Below, in pieces: positions 36,687 through 49,699 of a DNA stretch of 64,000 nucleotides; the first letter of the stretch is position 1; each line of letters opens with the position of its first letter. The notes under the pieces are model-generated. The model had not been told where the DNA came from. It made no database searches and worked only from the letters and a program-made list of their open reading frames with translations. The position numbers were made by a program, and so were the translations under genes. Origin of the DNA: Nymphaea colorata (Eukaryota); the NCBI RefSeq assembly GCF_008831285.2, contig NC_045138.2, forward strand, positions 25,730,001 to 25,794,000, written 5' to 3'.

Positions 36687-38117
36687 CTCTCTCTTTCGTC
36701 TCCCTCACTGAAGGGCTATGTGTTTGAGTGTAGGAAACAAATAAGGGAAGTCCGTAGCTTACGCTTCCGAGCAGAGCTTCTCTCGAGGGACTTGCGTCAC
36801 GCAACTTTGAGGTGCGAACTCACCTCAAAGTTGCGAACCAGGGAGTCAGGTGGTCATCTTACATTTTGTCTTCTTCCTTTAGATTCAACCATCTGTTTAC
36901 CGGAAATTCAACCACGTCCATGTGAACGTCTTGTTTGGGAATCTAGAAATAATGTTGGTGGATCAGCTGATTCTGGGATGCTTCTGTAGAGGCCAGTTCT
37001 CAATATTATTCTGGATCGTTCAATTCTTGATCTTTATACATCCGATTAGCACATGGAAACAAAACTGCTTATGTATGCTAGAGGAGTGCATTTCAAGTTT
37101 TTGATCCGATTGTATCATAAAAAATTTGGAAAAGGACTTGGATAGTGAGATTCTAGCAATGTTCTTTTCCCAACAGGATGGATGGCACTGTCATATGCTT
37201 CATTGTCAAACAAGTGGAAAAGTTAAAAATTAAGATTTTTGTTATTTATTTACTTGGTGGCTTGCTTATGATGTATATCTTATTGACTTCAAACAGGTAT
37301 ACTTTCAAAGTTCTGAAATGCAAGAATTATCTTTGTTATCGAGTTCACAGCCGAATTTCTTGTCCGGAAGTCCCAGCTTTGGACCGGTTGAGCTGCTCAA
37401 AGCACAGGAAGACAGAAGTTCTGAACCCCGAGGCTTCCAGACAGATCATCACAGAAGGCAGAGCGACGGGAAGGGAAAGTCTTTATTATTGAAGCGAAAA
37501 TAGAAAAGATAGGTCCCCAAGTTTGGCACGCCAAAGAAATGCGGCGGCTTCTTTCTTTCTTAGGAGCACCAGCATGTAACATTGTTGATGGCAAGAACAT
37601 AAAAATCAAAGAAATTTTGCTGGGCCATGTGGGCAACTGTCCACACGCGCCCACAGGTTTTAATGTCTGGATAGCAAGATAAAAGCAGTTTTTTCCATGA
37701 GTTATAGCCCCAAGAAGGGGGAAAAGTTAATCTTTTCTTAGGCATTTGGACAATCATGCTGTTTTAGAAGCACAATGTTTTGCCTCCAAAGTAAAAGGGT
37801 GTTTAAGCGTGCCTTCCAAAACACGCTCTAGAGGAACTGGAAGGAAAACCACTGGTTTTGCAAACAAACATGGAAGAGGATCGTTGCATTCTTCTCCTTT
37901 TTAAGTGTTCTACAACTTGGGCAAAACCCAAAGTTACAGGAAGAGGACGGATATTTCCAATCAACAAATGTTTAAAAAATGAAGAACATCGATTCAAAAA
38001 TGATGTCCTCTTCGGCCAACTTGGACAAAATTCAAAGTTACTGGAAGAGGACGGAAGTATCCAATCAACAAATGTTTAAAAATGAAAAAACCTACAATGG
38101 AAACAGTAGATCAGGCA

Positions 38118-38210
38118 CGAAGCCGACAACCATGATGAAAAAATCATCTTACCACCCCCCATGCGAAGCCGACAACCATGATGAAAAAATTATCTTACCA
38201 CCCCCCATGC
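38118..38210. repeat. Tandem duplication (~46 bp x2) upstream of a UGT fragment
   Basis: cgaagccgacaaccatgatgaaaaaat(c/t)atcttaccacccccc(c)atgc twice; a further ~45-bp direct repeat at ~37939 and ~38043. Confidence 0.85.
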
Positions 38211-38239
38211 ACATACACAGACGAGAAACGGGAAGGAAG

Positions 38240-38490
38240 ATGAAGGAGGGAGTGGTTCCGTTCCCGGCGCCCGGCGCCGGTCATCTGGTCGCCATGATCG
38301 AACTGGCCAAGCGGCTCCGCCTTCAAAGCCACACCCTCTCCATCACCGTCTTCATGATCAAAAACCCCCCTTTCCTCCCATCCAGCCACCGCTGCTTCCA
38401 CATCTGCTCAGGTCGAATCCGTCGGATGTTCAGGCCTCAGGCCTTAACATCAACTTCATCAATCTTGCTCCGGTGGAGCCACCGGAGAGC
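38240..38490 (+). pseudogene. 5'-only UGT fragment, paralog of the 41136 gene
   Basis: ggaagATGAAGGAGGGAGTGGTT...GAGHLVAMIELAKR nearly identical to 41136; frameshifted near 38370 and truncated after ...gtggagccaccggag. Confidence 0.88.
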
Positions 38491-39348
38491 CTGCAAGTTA
38501 AAACCAAGACGCATCATTTGCTGGTTGAAAATTATAGTCAAGACATTTACGTACTAAAACTAACAAATTGAATTGTGTAACCTTTACTAAATAAGAGATG
38601 ACGATTAACACGGCTTCTCTCGGTGTCATAGAAATCAAGGAAAAGGCTAGCGATGACGTAGATCAACAGACATGGTAAGAAATGAAAAATATACAAGATA
38701 ATTTTTTTTTTAAATAAACATTTTGAAATGAATTAAATACTCGATCCATGTTACCTCTATATCAGCTGGCAAATACAGTTGATCAGTTTAATATTTCTTG
38801 GTTCTAATTTACCATCCAGTTCGAGAATAGCACAAGTCGATTGCTACTATAACAAAAAACCAAATATTGGATCTTAAACAGTCTCCAATTTTGTAAGATG
38901 TAGTTAGCATACGATTAGGCATGATTCTATTTGACAGCTCAATATCTTTAGACTTTGTCCTGTTGTTTTTTATGAATTTCATAAATCCCGGATAACTTGG
39001 TGACCGAGGCTTGTTCTAATGAAGAATTGCTGGGAGGTAGGCTCCATACCTTTGATGCCTACCTTTCATCTTATCCTTACCATTTGACCAGACATGATCT
39101 AAATAACTGCTTTACTAAAAGTTCCTCTTTTGATTTTTTGTTTTTATTTCATGTAAAAATGCTTATTTAACTTATTAAATTTTGACATTTCTATGGAAAT
39201 TTGACAGTCCGAATGTCATAAAATATTGTGCCTCCTCATTGAATTCGGGTTGTATGAAGGTCTAACAGTTTCCTGACCAATCAAATCGGTTACATTTGTA
39301 AGGATAAATTTCGGACAAGCCTTGAAGACTCAAAAGCGTGTTACTAAT

Positions 39349-39562
39349 CTCAAGGGAGTTGGTTTAGCGTGATCATGTAGAGGTTGGCAGGCGACTAGTC
39401 TCCACTTTGACTCCCTGAGGGCTAACTTTATGTAACGCGAATGAGAGGTCACCGATGCACAAGTTGAAACGCCCCATGAAGGCTTTGTATTTGAGAGGAT
39501 GAGGGGTTGACTGAGAGCTTTGGCCTTCTTCAGGCAGGCAGTCGGTCAAACCTCACCCACCC
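39349..39562 (+). mobile_element. tRNA-derived SINE-like insertion
   Basis: Flanked by an 18-bp direct repeat CAAAAGCGTGTTACTAAT (39331-39348) / CAAAAGCTGGTTACTAAT (39563-39580); degenerate A box at ~39360 and B box at ~39404. Confidence 0.55.
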
Positions 39563-41135
39563 CAAAAGCTGGTTACTAATAATTTTGTGAAAATTAGATT
39601 GCATTGTACCCACATTATGTAGGTAATCTCAAATATGGCTTTTATATTTCCTACTTTAGATTTTCTAAAGCGAGTGTTACTCTTACCCGAGTTGTAAAAG
39701 AAAGGGCCTATGCCCTTTAACCAAAGCACAAATTATCGCCAGGGAAATAATTTTGCCAAAAACTATATGTCCATATCTTTAAATGTGAAATAATGTAACT
39801 TGTTGGTTAAGCCTTCCCGCTTACCCCAGTCCAGTGTTCGCCCAGACCCACCTCCGAGCGAAACCCTCCCATCTAAAGAAGACCCTCAGATGTGCGGGAC
39901 GCTATGCTTGGAAAACGGACCGAGGCAAAACACTTGGGCAAATCTTGAACAAAACCCCAAGAGGAGACTCCAAATTTTTAAGCTGGCTCTCGGTGCTCGA
40001 GGAAATGCCTGAGTTTTTGTTTCTCGAGTCTCATGGGGCTTAGCATAGCTGATCGGATCAGTAAGTTAGTAGAAGTCGGAGTAGACTCCAGAAAAAAGAA
40101 AGAGATTCAGCTTGTGGACCTAGACTATATGAATGGGTTTGAGCTTTTTAGTGCCAGACAGGGCCATGCATTAAGACTCCCGCCTTCCAACATTACCAGG
40201 TGAACCTAGTGTTAGACAGAGGGTGAAATGACACCCTCAGATTTAACCTCCTTTAACTAAAGAGCAACTATAAAAGACTGGGGCTTAAGAAGGAGAACAG
40301 ATTCAATGCTTGACTATTTCAGGTGTATGAGACTAACAACCCACTGTCCCAAAGAAAGAGGCTTCAAAGCCTTCCCATTTTCCTTCCCTGCCTCCAAGAT
40401 CTTGGAAAGATTCAATTGTTGTCTATTTCAAGTGTACAAAAGATGAACAAACCACCATGCAAAAAAAAAAAAAAAAAAAAAAAAAAAAGAAAGAGCTACA
40501 AAGCCTTCCCACTTTCCCTGCCTTGAAGATCCTTGATGCACCCTTCAATGCTTCATGTTTCTCTACTGTCTATCATCTATCATGGAAAGTGGATGTCCAA
40601 AAAACCAAAATACTCATGAACTAAAGCCAAAAGAAAGAAAACAAAAGACAAAGTTGAAAAAGTTATTTGAGACAATTGATGAAAATGGTAGATGTGTATC
40701 CGCGAGGTGCAGCCACAGCTTGCTTTGAAAAACCATTAAATTTGTGGCTCATGTCATCAGCTCACAACATTTTCTCACGCTTTCCAGAAGACACCCAATT
40801 TTGCACAGTCATGTTTACCTCATTCAACTTTGTCACATCCATATAAAGTTAGCGCTTTTGAACGTTTGAGAACGGTCATTTGGAAAACGATAAATTTAAA
40901 GGAACAAATTAGGTACATACCGACTACCATTATGCAAAATATCTACCACCCCACATAGAGTTGCAAATGGATTGAATGACAATATGATAAAATGCATTAA
41001 ATGTTCGACGGAGACTTGTGCCGATACTTGGCAAGTCAGGTTTCACTCGTTGACATCCTCTTTTTTAAGTCTCCCGACTCTGCATTTTCTGCGCCTCCAT
41101 TCTTGCCCATAGTCTGGCGTGAAACGCGCAGGAAG

Positions 41136-42563
41136 ATGAAGGAGGGAGTGGTTCTGTTCCCGACGACCGGCGCCGGTCATCTGGTCGCCATGATCGAACT
41201 CGCCAAGCGATTTCGCCATCACAGCCACACCCTCTCCATCACCGTCTTCTTGATCCAAGACCCCTTCTCCTCCTCCCCTGCCACCGCTGCTCCCACATCT
41301 CTTCATGTCAAATCTGTTGCATCTTCAGACCTCAACATCAACTTCATCGATCTTTCTGCAGTGGAGCCACCGGAGGGCGCGGAGGGGCTAGCCCGCTTGC
41401 TCATATACATCGACAAGCTCAAGCCCCTTGTCTCGGAGGCCCTGTCGTCGCTCTCCTCCACCACCACCATTTCCGCTTTCGTTCTCGACATGTTCTGCGT
41501 CACCATGACGGATGTCGCGGCCGAGCTCCGCATCCCAGCCTATGTCTTCTTTACTGGAGCCGCAGCTGCCGTCGGTGGCGTGCTCTACAGGCCCACCCTC
41601 GACCGGATGTACCAACAAGACTTGAAGGACTTGAAGGAGCCGATCGAGATCCCCGGTTGGCCGCTGTTGCCACCTTCGGCACTGCCTCAACCCATTCAGA
41701 GCAAGAAGTACCCAACCTACAAATTGCTTTTGGAAGCGGCACGGCGCTACCCTCAACTCGAAGGAATCCTGGTTAACACCTTTTCTGAGTTGGAACCACA
41801 AGCCATGGAGGCGTTGGCGAAAGGGCTCTGCGTGCCGGACGGCCGGACGCCTCCTGTTCACACTGTCGGTCCCTTGCTTGGGCTCGCCGCGGCGCCGGAG
41901 AAGTCGGACCACGAGTGCATCAAGTGGCTCGACCAACAGCCCACTTCGTCGGTCGTCTTCCTCTGCTTCGGTAGCCTGGGTTCGTTCACGAAGGAGCAGA
42001 TCGGGGAGATGGCACGCGGAGTCGAGCTTTCCGGGCATCGCTTCCTATGGTCGGTGCGGGAACAGCCTGGCGAAGTGCGGGGAGGCTTCCCTCGACCCAT
42101 CGACGCCGACATGGACAAGGTGTTGCCGGCAGGGTTCGTGGAGCGGACCTCTGAGCGCGGCCTGGTTTGGCCGACGTGGGTGCCGCAGGTCGCCATTCTC
42201 TCGCACCCTGCAGTTGGTGGGTTCGTGTCGCACTGCGGCTGGAACTCGACCCTAGAGAGCGTCTGGTTCGGAGTGCCCCTGATCGCATGGCCCCTGTATG
42301 CTGAGCAGAGGATGAACGCCATCCTGTTGGTACAGAGTTCCGGGCTCGCCGTCGAACTGAGAGAGCCAGGTGAGTACGAATCGGTGGTGAAGGCGGAGCT
42401 GTTGGAGAGGGCCATCAAAAGATTGATGGATGATGAAGAGGGAAGAAGAGTGAGGGAGAAGATGAAGAGAATGAAAGCGTTGGCGAGAAACGCAACTGAA
42501 GAAGGAGGTTCATCTTATTTAACATTAGCATCATTGGTGGAGAAATGGACCAACATTCGCTAG
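41136..42563 (+). CDS. UDP-glycosyltransferase, group E, 475 aa
   Basis: MKEGVVLFPTTGAGHL, LDMFC, PSPG WVPQ...HCGWNS...YAEQ, EGGSS. Confidence 0.95.
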   Translation: MKEGVVLFPTTGAGHLVAMIELAKRFRHHSHTLSITVFLIQDPFSSSPATAAPTSLHVKSVASSDLNINFIDLSAVEPPEGAEGLARLLIYIDKLKPLVSEALSSLSSTTTISAFVLDMFCVTMTDVAAELRIPAYVFFTGAAAAVGGVLYRPTLDRMYQQDLKDLKEPIEIPGWPLLPPSALPQPIQSKKYPTYKLLLEAARRYPQLEGILVNTFSELEPQAMEALAKGLCVPDGRTPPVHTVGPLLGLAAAPEKSDHECIKWLDQQPTSSVVFLCFGSLGSFTKEQIGEMARGVELSGHRFLWSVREQPGEVRGGFPRPIDADMDKVLPAGFVERTSERGLVWPTWVPQVAILSHPAVGGFVSHCGWNSTLESVWFGVPLIAWPLYAEQRMNAILLVQSSGLAVELREPGEYESVVKAELLERAIKRLMDDEEGRRVREKMKRMKALARNATEEGGSSYLTLASLVEKWTNIR

Positions 42564-42809
42564 GTAAGTACATCCGCATCCGCTTGCTCAAAACTTAGTT
42601 TTTCTGGGGGCAGAAAAAATAAATATGATTACCATCGTGCCAATCTCCTTCAAAGATGATCGAGTCCTATTCTTATTTTGTTGTTTAATGATGTGTGTTT
42701 GTAATACTCTCCCTATTTGTGCTCCTTCTTTTTAAAAATGAAAAAAAAAAACATTGTTCAACATGTGATATGCCCTCAACAGTGCAAAACAATGAGCTTT
42801 GAATATATG

Positions 42810-43900
42810 GACGAGCTTCGACCGAATTTTTGACACTAATTTTTTTAATATAAATAATAACAAAAATAACATTTGAGTCATGACCAACCAAATCAATTAC
42901 ATTGTATTAAAAATAAAACATTTGGACCCAAACAGCTAAAATAAACACAAAACTCAAAACCGACGCAGTGTCGAGAATGTCAATGCCTATTCATCACAAT
43001 ACTGAGGTCGTCCCTTCATAAGCCATAATATATCAAGAACTGAATGTAAAAATAGAAAGAAGGTTAGAATTATTCTCAGTATGGAAAAATCCAACCATAA
43101 ATGGAATATGACCCAACAAAAATAATATTTAATTTTATAAAACAAATTCATATAAAGACTTTATGAATAACAACCGTGAGTCTCCAAATCTTAACACATA
43201 TTACAGTCACGTTATAAAAATATTCGTAGATTTCCAATCGTGTCCTATCATTATAATGGGTATGGTCATGGTGCCGAGCAACAACAAAAATCCTCGTGAA
43301 CACTCATGAGCAGAACAAAACATATCTTCATCAAGCGATCCAACAAATCGATGGTAACATGCAGTGAAGCATCCTGATCACAGATCGTCGCTGCTGCAGC
43401 AGGGCCTCTCTAGGCACCCGGGGTGAGGGACCAGGAGACGCTTTGCTCTCCAACAAAAATAGAACAAAATCTCGGGCCCTTGTGCCGCCCAATAGCCTGT
43501 GGGCCCTCCAGTGCAAACTGAGGAGTGTGCGTAACAGTGAGCTCAAGCGCACCACTACCTCTCGGGACGAAACCAAATACTGTGCAAAACACAAGCTCAC
43601 TCACATATACCAATGCATACACAGTCCATGTTTGTTACAAAATTTAAATGTGGAGGTTTATCATTACTAGACATCGTCTAGTACTTCTCCGAAGGCTTGG
43701 TTTCCCAAACATAATCAAAGTCATTTTTTAATTAACTTGATGGCAACAAAGCAAATTAGAACCCATAAACCACAATATCACATCCAAAATCTCAAATAAT
43801 AATATAATAATTATCATTTAGAAATAAAGAATTTATATTCAGAACGTGGCTTACTTTCTTTAATTATTCTGAATTTAATTTCAGAACCCTATTTCTGAAA
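42810..43900 (-). mobile_element. Non-coding interspersed repeat, probably gypsy LTR-derived; inverted copy of 58265-59390
   Basis: Long colinear reverse-complement similarity, e.g. gggccctccagt/actggagggccc, aagcgatccaaca/tgttggatcgctt, actgaggtcgtccct/agggacgacctcagt. Confidence 0.7.
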
Positions 43901-45891
43901 TTTTACAACAAATTCAGGGTACCAAGTATAACATTATGTTTTTCATTGAAATTGTAAACAAATTTATGAAAACCTCCTTTTGGCAATTTCTAAGAACTCT
44001 GAGGGTATTACTTTGCAATTTCGCATGAAATCTCTGGTTTTTATTTAAACTAATTATCGCGAGTCTTTTTTTTTGTAAAGTTTTCAGCAAAAACGTTGAA
44101 ATTATAACAACTTTTTTTTTCGAAAACTTTGCTAATAAGGTGGACTAATTTTAAAAATTCCTAACTCTATATAAAACCCGTCCCTCGTTTTCTTTCCTTT
44201 CTCCACTCGACTTTCTCTCTCCTCGTGAGAATGCTTCCACCTTCTTCTCGTGCGATCGACGGTGGAGCTTCCACCGTTTTCAGCGACCCAACACCAGCAC
44301 GAGGGAGATCTCTCAGCGTTAGGCTTCCTGCTGCTTCACCCACCGGCCATCTGACGCTCTCAGCCACCGCCGCTTCCTTTGCTGCTCCCGTTTCTCAGCA
44401 CTGTCACCGTGAGAACGACGACCTCCCAGCTTCAATGGGGTCCTCTCAGTCTCCCTCTCGCTGCGACAATGAGGAACCGACAGGAGGAATCAATGTCTTG
44501 TTCCTCCGTTCCCCATGTCGCCCCTCTGCCACCAGCTCGGGCAACTGCCCTATTCGTCGATAAGGCATGAGATCTTTCCTTTCATCCCTTTTTTTTTTTT
44601 CTCTTGTTTACCGATTTTCGGTTTACCCTAGGTCGAGCAAAGCAGACCTGGTCCTCTGTCGACAATGTTCTGGGCTGTTTCCCTCTTTTTTTTTTGTATC
44701 ATAGCAGGTTCGAAAAGGCCACCGAGTCTTCCCCTCTTCAAATCTGTGTTGCACGTTCTGTAGCCAGACCCTCCGTGAGGTTCTGGTATAAAAATTTCTT
44801 TCTGCGGTTTGTTTGAAGCCTCTAACAAAGCCCTAACTTAGACATACATGCTCTGTTTTAGGGATGATTCTAGTTTCGGTGTCTCACAAATGGAATAATG
44901 AATAAAAGAACAAAGAGAAACAAGTTAATCCAACATGCGACGCCTCACACGTCTATTTCTTTCTAGGCGTATAGATACATATATTCACATACATAGATTC
45001 ACATATATTCGTATCTATAAGAACTCAAAATACAGAGGCTTCATGATACATGCATAACTGAATATTCCATACCTTTGAAAATCTGAGATGAATTTCCAGC
45101 AGCAAACTCTATGCTTTCGGTTTTTTTCCAGCAGCCACCAACTTCGATCTTTTCTAAGAAGAGAGCAGAATTGAAAAACCCTTCTCTCTCTTTCTCTCTC
45201 AATCTCTCTATTGCTGGACGTGCTCCTCTATTGCTGCAGTAAAAGAATGTTTCCCCTTTGCAGTTACAATTTTATCTTTATCTTTTCCACAAACATCTCA
45301 TTTATGATAAATTTGACGGTTTGAAATATTCATTAGAAATCATTTGTGATTCTCTTCTGTTGAGTTACAAACATTTACGTTCCAAATGTTTAAGGACACT
45401 TAAGAAAAAATTGTGGGTCTTACAATTCTCTTCTGTTGAGGTTCAGATCCATAAATCCGTTTTTATCCTATTCAAAGTGCGTTTGAGCCTTATTTGTAAT
45501 CAGCTTTTGAGTTAATGAAAAAAACCCTAATCCTGGTTTGTGTTTTCATATCCATTTTTCATATCCCTTTTACCTTTTCTTTTGCATCTCTTTCCATCTA
45601 CCCTACATATGAGAGGAGAAATTCTCCTTTCCACTGCTCTAAGGTAGAAGGGAAGAAATAAAGCGGATGAGGCTTGTTTTTCAGAAATTGAATGAATGGA
45701 AGTTGATGACATAGTTTTCAGTTAAACTTCTTTTTCACAATTCAATGTGTAAGAGCGGTCTTGTGTCCACATTTAATGAAATAAAAAAGGACAAATGGCA
45801 ACATAACAGCTGCTGTTAATCCGAAGAAAAGTAGAAGATACATAAAAGAAATGATTTGGCATTGATGAAATCTTTTCTAGTGCGTGGAAGG

Positions 45892-45894
<3 letters not shown>

Positions 45895-45924
<30 letters not shown>
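45895..45924. repeat. (AT)n microsatellite
   Basis: About 15 AT units. Confidence 0.95.
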
Positions 45925-45928
<4 letters not shown>

Positions 45929-46487
45929 TATATGATAATGACATGTGGTGCTATTGAGTGGAATTGGAATTGAGTCCAAACTCAAACTTGCCCGTTTCTG
46001 GACCTTTCGCACCTTCTTTTCCTACAAATCTTTTCCTACAGTGGAAGGAAAAGAAAATCAAAATAGTTTCCTTGCGGCAGAAGATGGGAATGGCGAACGT
46101 GTCGTTACTATTAGTTTCAGTTGTTGCCTTAGCCTCCAAGGAAAGGGATTCCTCTGGAAGAAGCTGAACCGCGACATCTATTTTTTTATTCTTCTTTCAC
46201 ACGCGATCTATCCAAACTTTCTCATATCAGCAACACTCCAAACTCTTTGATTTAAATCAGGATAACAGTTTAAATTATTTTTTTAATTAAGAAAATGAAC
46301 AAATAGGCAAATAATACGAAGGAATGCATTGTACCGGTGAGCACGACATAACGTGGATACTAATACTAACGATGACAGTGTTTTGGGGTTATAGTGCATT
46401 GGATGACAAAGTGATCCACGTTAAAAAAGTAAGGTTCATGATGATTGGCATGGGAGGGACGCGGCCTCTCTTCCCATACCAACAATC

Positions 46488-46665
46488 ACTCACCAAAAAA
46501 AAAAAGGGAGGGGATTGCAGTTGAACTTTCAGCAACCTAACATTCCTTTTGAAAGTTGGGGATGGTGGAGACGAACGACTCACCAAAAAAAAAAAAAAAA
46601 AAAGCTTCCTATAAAAAAGATTGCAGTTGAACTTTCATTCCAACCTGACATTCCATTTGAAAGTT
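46488..46665 (+). repeat. Imperfect tandem duplication containing two poly(A)-tailed CTCACC ends (possible SINE tail)
   Basis: ctcacc(A)n followed by gattgcagttgaactttc...caacct.acattcc.tttgaaagtt, twice. Confidence 0.6.
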
Positions 46666-47064
46666 CCTAACATTCCTTTTCTTACCGGTGGTTTGCTAAA
46701 CGAGCAAGCCATGACATGATCATGCCGTACTCTAGTCTTGTTTAGATCAACCAAATGAGTCGAGCTTCACTCCAACATGCTCCGCTTGTATAGACTGACT
46801 GATCTATCTGTATAAATCGAGTAAGGTTCATTTCAGTATGGTTCTTCGTATTTTAGTTTTCTTTTCAAACCTCCTTTGATGGCCAAGTTCAGCTTTAACG
46901 TTTGGAAACCGGGTCAAGGGCAGCTCAAGCTGGTGAATTGGAACCTTCTAAACACTTCAATGGATAGGTTCAACTCTAAAAGCGATCTCTCTTAATACCC
47001 AACACTGTTGGGTCCTTTTCCTTTAAATCCCTCTCGCTTTACTGAAACTGTGCATCAACGAAAG

Positions 47065-48495
47065 ATGGGTCGGAGAAGCATCAAGAACTCTGGCGTCGTT
47101 CTTTTTCCGATTCCCGCTGATGGGCACCTCGTCCCCATGATCGAGGTTGCCAAGCGACTCCGGCAGCATAGCCCCACCCTCTCCATAACCGTCCTCTTGA
47201 TGCAGACCCCCTTCCCCTCCGTCTTGTCCGCCACGCAGTCCACCGCCTCTCACGTCCAGGCCGCCGAGTCCTCCGGCCTCGGCATCGACTTCCTCCACCT
47301 TCCTCCGGTGGAGGCTCCTGAAGGATTGGAGGGGCTCGCCTGCATGCTCCAATACGTGGAGAACCTGAAGCCCGTCGTCTCCGATGCGCTTGCTTCGCTC
47401 TCCTCCACCACCACCATCTCCGCCTTCGTCCTCGACATGTTCTGCGTCGCCATGACCGATGTTGCGGCTGAGCTCCGCATCTCCGCTACCTACGTCTTCT
47501 ACATAACCAATGCGGCCGGCGTCTGTTACAGGCTCTACTTTCCCACCCTCGACCGCATCCACCAGCAAGACTTCAAAGACTTGAGCGAGGAGATCGAGAT
47601 CCCCGGTTGGCCGCCGTTGTCGCCGCAGGCACTGCCACAAGCTATTCTAAGCAAGAAGAGCCCTGCGTATCCCGGGCTCTTGGACGGCGCGCGACGCTTC
47701 CAGCAACTCAAGGGCATCTTGGTGAACACCTTCTCGGAGTTGGAGCCGGTTGCCATGAAGGCCTTGGCCGACGGCCGGTGCGTGCCGGACGGTCCCACCC
47801 CATCGATCCACCCGGTCGGTCCCTTGCTCTGCCTGCAGCAACCTGGATCTGAGTCGCCGGACCATGAGTGCATCAAGTGGCTCGACCAGCAGCCCTGCGG
47901 CTCGGTCGTCTTCTTATGCTTCGGCAGCTTGGGCGCCTTCTCTGGAGAACAGATACGGGAGATTGCACGTGGGCTCGAGCTCTGCGGCCACCGGTTCTTG
48001 TGGTCTGTGAGGGTCCAGTCTCGTCAAGGGCAACTGAGCCTAGACGAGGTTCTGCCGACTGGGTTCGTGGAACGGACGAGGGAGCGCGGTCTGGTTTGGT
48101 CGACGTGGGTGCCGCAGATCGCCGTCCTCTCCCACTCGGCCATCGGTGGCTTTGTGACACACTGTGGGTGGAACTCGACCCTGGAGAGCGTCTGGTTCGG
48201 GGTGCCTCTGATCGCATGGCCACTCTATGCGGAGCAGAAAATGAACGCAGTCTTGTTGGTGAAGGAACTTGAGATTGCTATTGGATTGAAGGGCGCAGGG
48301 CAGTCTGATTTGTTGGTGAAGGGAGAGGAGTTGCCGAAGGCGGTTAAGAGCTTGATGGAAGGTGAGGAGGGAATGAAGATAAAGGAGAAGATGAAGAGAC
48401 TGAAAGAACTAGGGAGAATGGCGGTGCAGGAAGGTGGTTCGTCTTATTCAACAATGGCAGCATTGGTGGCAGAATGGGCCAAGATTGATGAATAG
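47065..48495 (+). CDS. UDP-glycosyltransferase, group E, 476 aa
   Basis: GVVLFPIPADGHL, LDMFC, PSPG WVPQ...HCGWNS...YAEQ, EGGSS. Confidence 0.95.
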   Translation: MGRRSIKNSGVVLFPIPADGHLVPMIEVAKRLRQHSPTLSITVLLMQTPFPSVLSATQSTASHVQAAESSGLGIDFLHLPPVEAPEGLEGLACMLQYVENLKPVVSDALASLSSTTTISAFVLDMFCVAMTDVAAELRISATYVFYITNAAGVCYRLYFPTLDRIHQQDFKDLSEEIEIPGWPPLSPQALPQAILSKKSPAYPGLLDGARRFQQLKGILVNTFSELEPVAMKALADGRCVPDGPTPSIHPVGPLLCLQQPGSESPDHECIKWLDQQPCGSVVFLCFGSLGAFSGEQIREIARGLELCGHRFLWSVRVQSRQGQLSLDEVLPTGFVERTRERGLVWSTWVPQIAVLSHSAIGGFVTHCGWNSTLESVWFGVPLIAWPLYAEQKMNAVLLVKELEIAIGLKGAGQSDLLVKGEELPKAVKSLMEGEEGMKIKEKMKRLKELGRMAVQEGGSSYSTMAALVAEWAKIDE

Positions 48496-49699
48496 CTGAT
48501 CGGATGTGTTCTTTGATTCTTTATAAGTGCTTGTTTTTGCTTGATCTTAGGAGTTGAATAGACAAATTATCTACTCTATGATTGCATAAAAGGTTGATCT
48601 CTCGGCCTCTAGGGTTGCCTTTGAGGTGGGGCAAAGTGGCAGTGTGTGTTGAACTTGACGTTGTGTTCGTGTTCCTGACTGTGCAAGGAATCTGCAGTTG
48701 AATAAATCAGAGAACATGAGAACGAGAACGTTGCCTGCATAAAATACTATAATCCAAATTTGTCGACACTACAGCAGAACACCTCAAGCCATTGCCACAA
48801 GCTCGTTCTCAAGGATCTTGCGTGATGAATTGAACATTGTCAGATTCCCTTTTATGGAAATCTTTGATAGAATTCTGGCAATGAAAAGGACCTAAGGACA
48901 TTATTTACGGGATTCAAACATTAAATTTTCATTATGTTTTTTTCCCATCACTGGACGGAACCCACCTAACTATTAGTCAAGTAATAAATCGCTACCCAAC
49001 TCTTGAAAGTAGTCAAATAGACAAATAACCGCACAACTTTTGAGAAAATGTTTCAAAGAGCCGACTCACCGACATAAATAAATTTGTGAACCAAACTCTG
49101 GTTTTGCGAAGAAGTAAGGTGGTCCAGAGAGGAGAATAACATTAACACAAATTCAACAAAGGTTGAACATGGAAAAGAGATTGCATCTAAGACTCAACTC
49201 TTAATTCGATACTACCAATCCATTATAAGTTAGTTATGAGAAATTAACCAAACATTATACAAAATTGAGGATGTCATGCTGAACCGAGACAACCTCATTC
49301 ATATAAATAATATTATTTTTGTAGTTTCAAATAACCCAATAACACGTAAACAATCAATTTCTTCAAATGGCATGCCATTTTTTTTGTTTCTCACTCTAAT
49401 TGGTTCATGGATTAGATTTCAAATTCTCGATATGTTTGTGATGGTAGTTTTTTCGGCACAACAAGATAATGGGCACCTGATTGCAAGGTACAACCAGACA
49501 TTTTGAGGGTTTTTGAGTCTGGATGTGATCCAACATAAGAGTTTTGAATCGCCGAGGAGGACACCAAGCCCAGAAGAGATTATGCAGGAACCAATCAACA
49601 CCAGGAGGTTGAAGCAAGCTGTACAGAAAAATGTCCTTCGCCATATTGTGCCTGTGAAGAAAAATACTCTGTGAAAATTGTATTTGAATTGCATTTAAT

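Noticed and set aside
35985..36989. Long antisense or alternate-frame ORFs over the UGT genes (e.g. 334 aa, 220 aa)
   Set aside because: Expected by-product of GC-rich codon usage; low-complexity Arg/Gly/Pro translations with no recognisable domain
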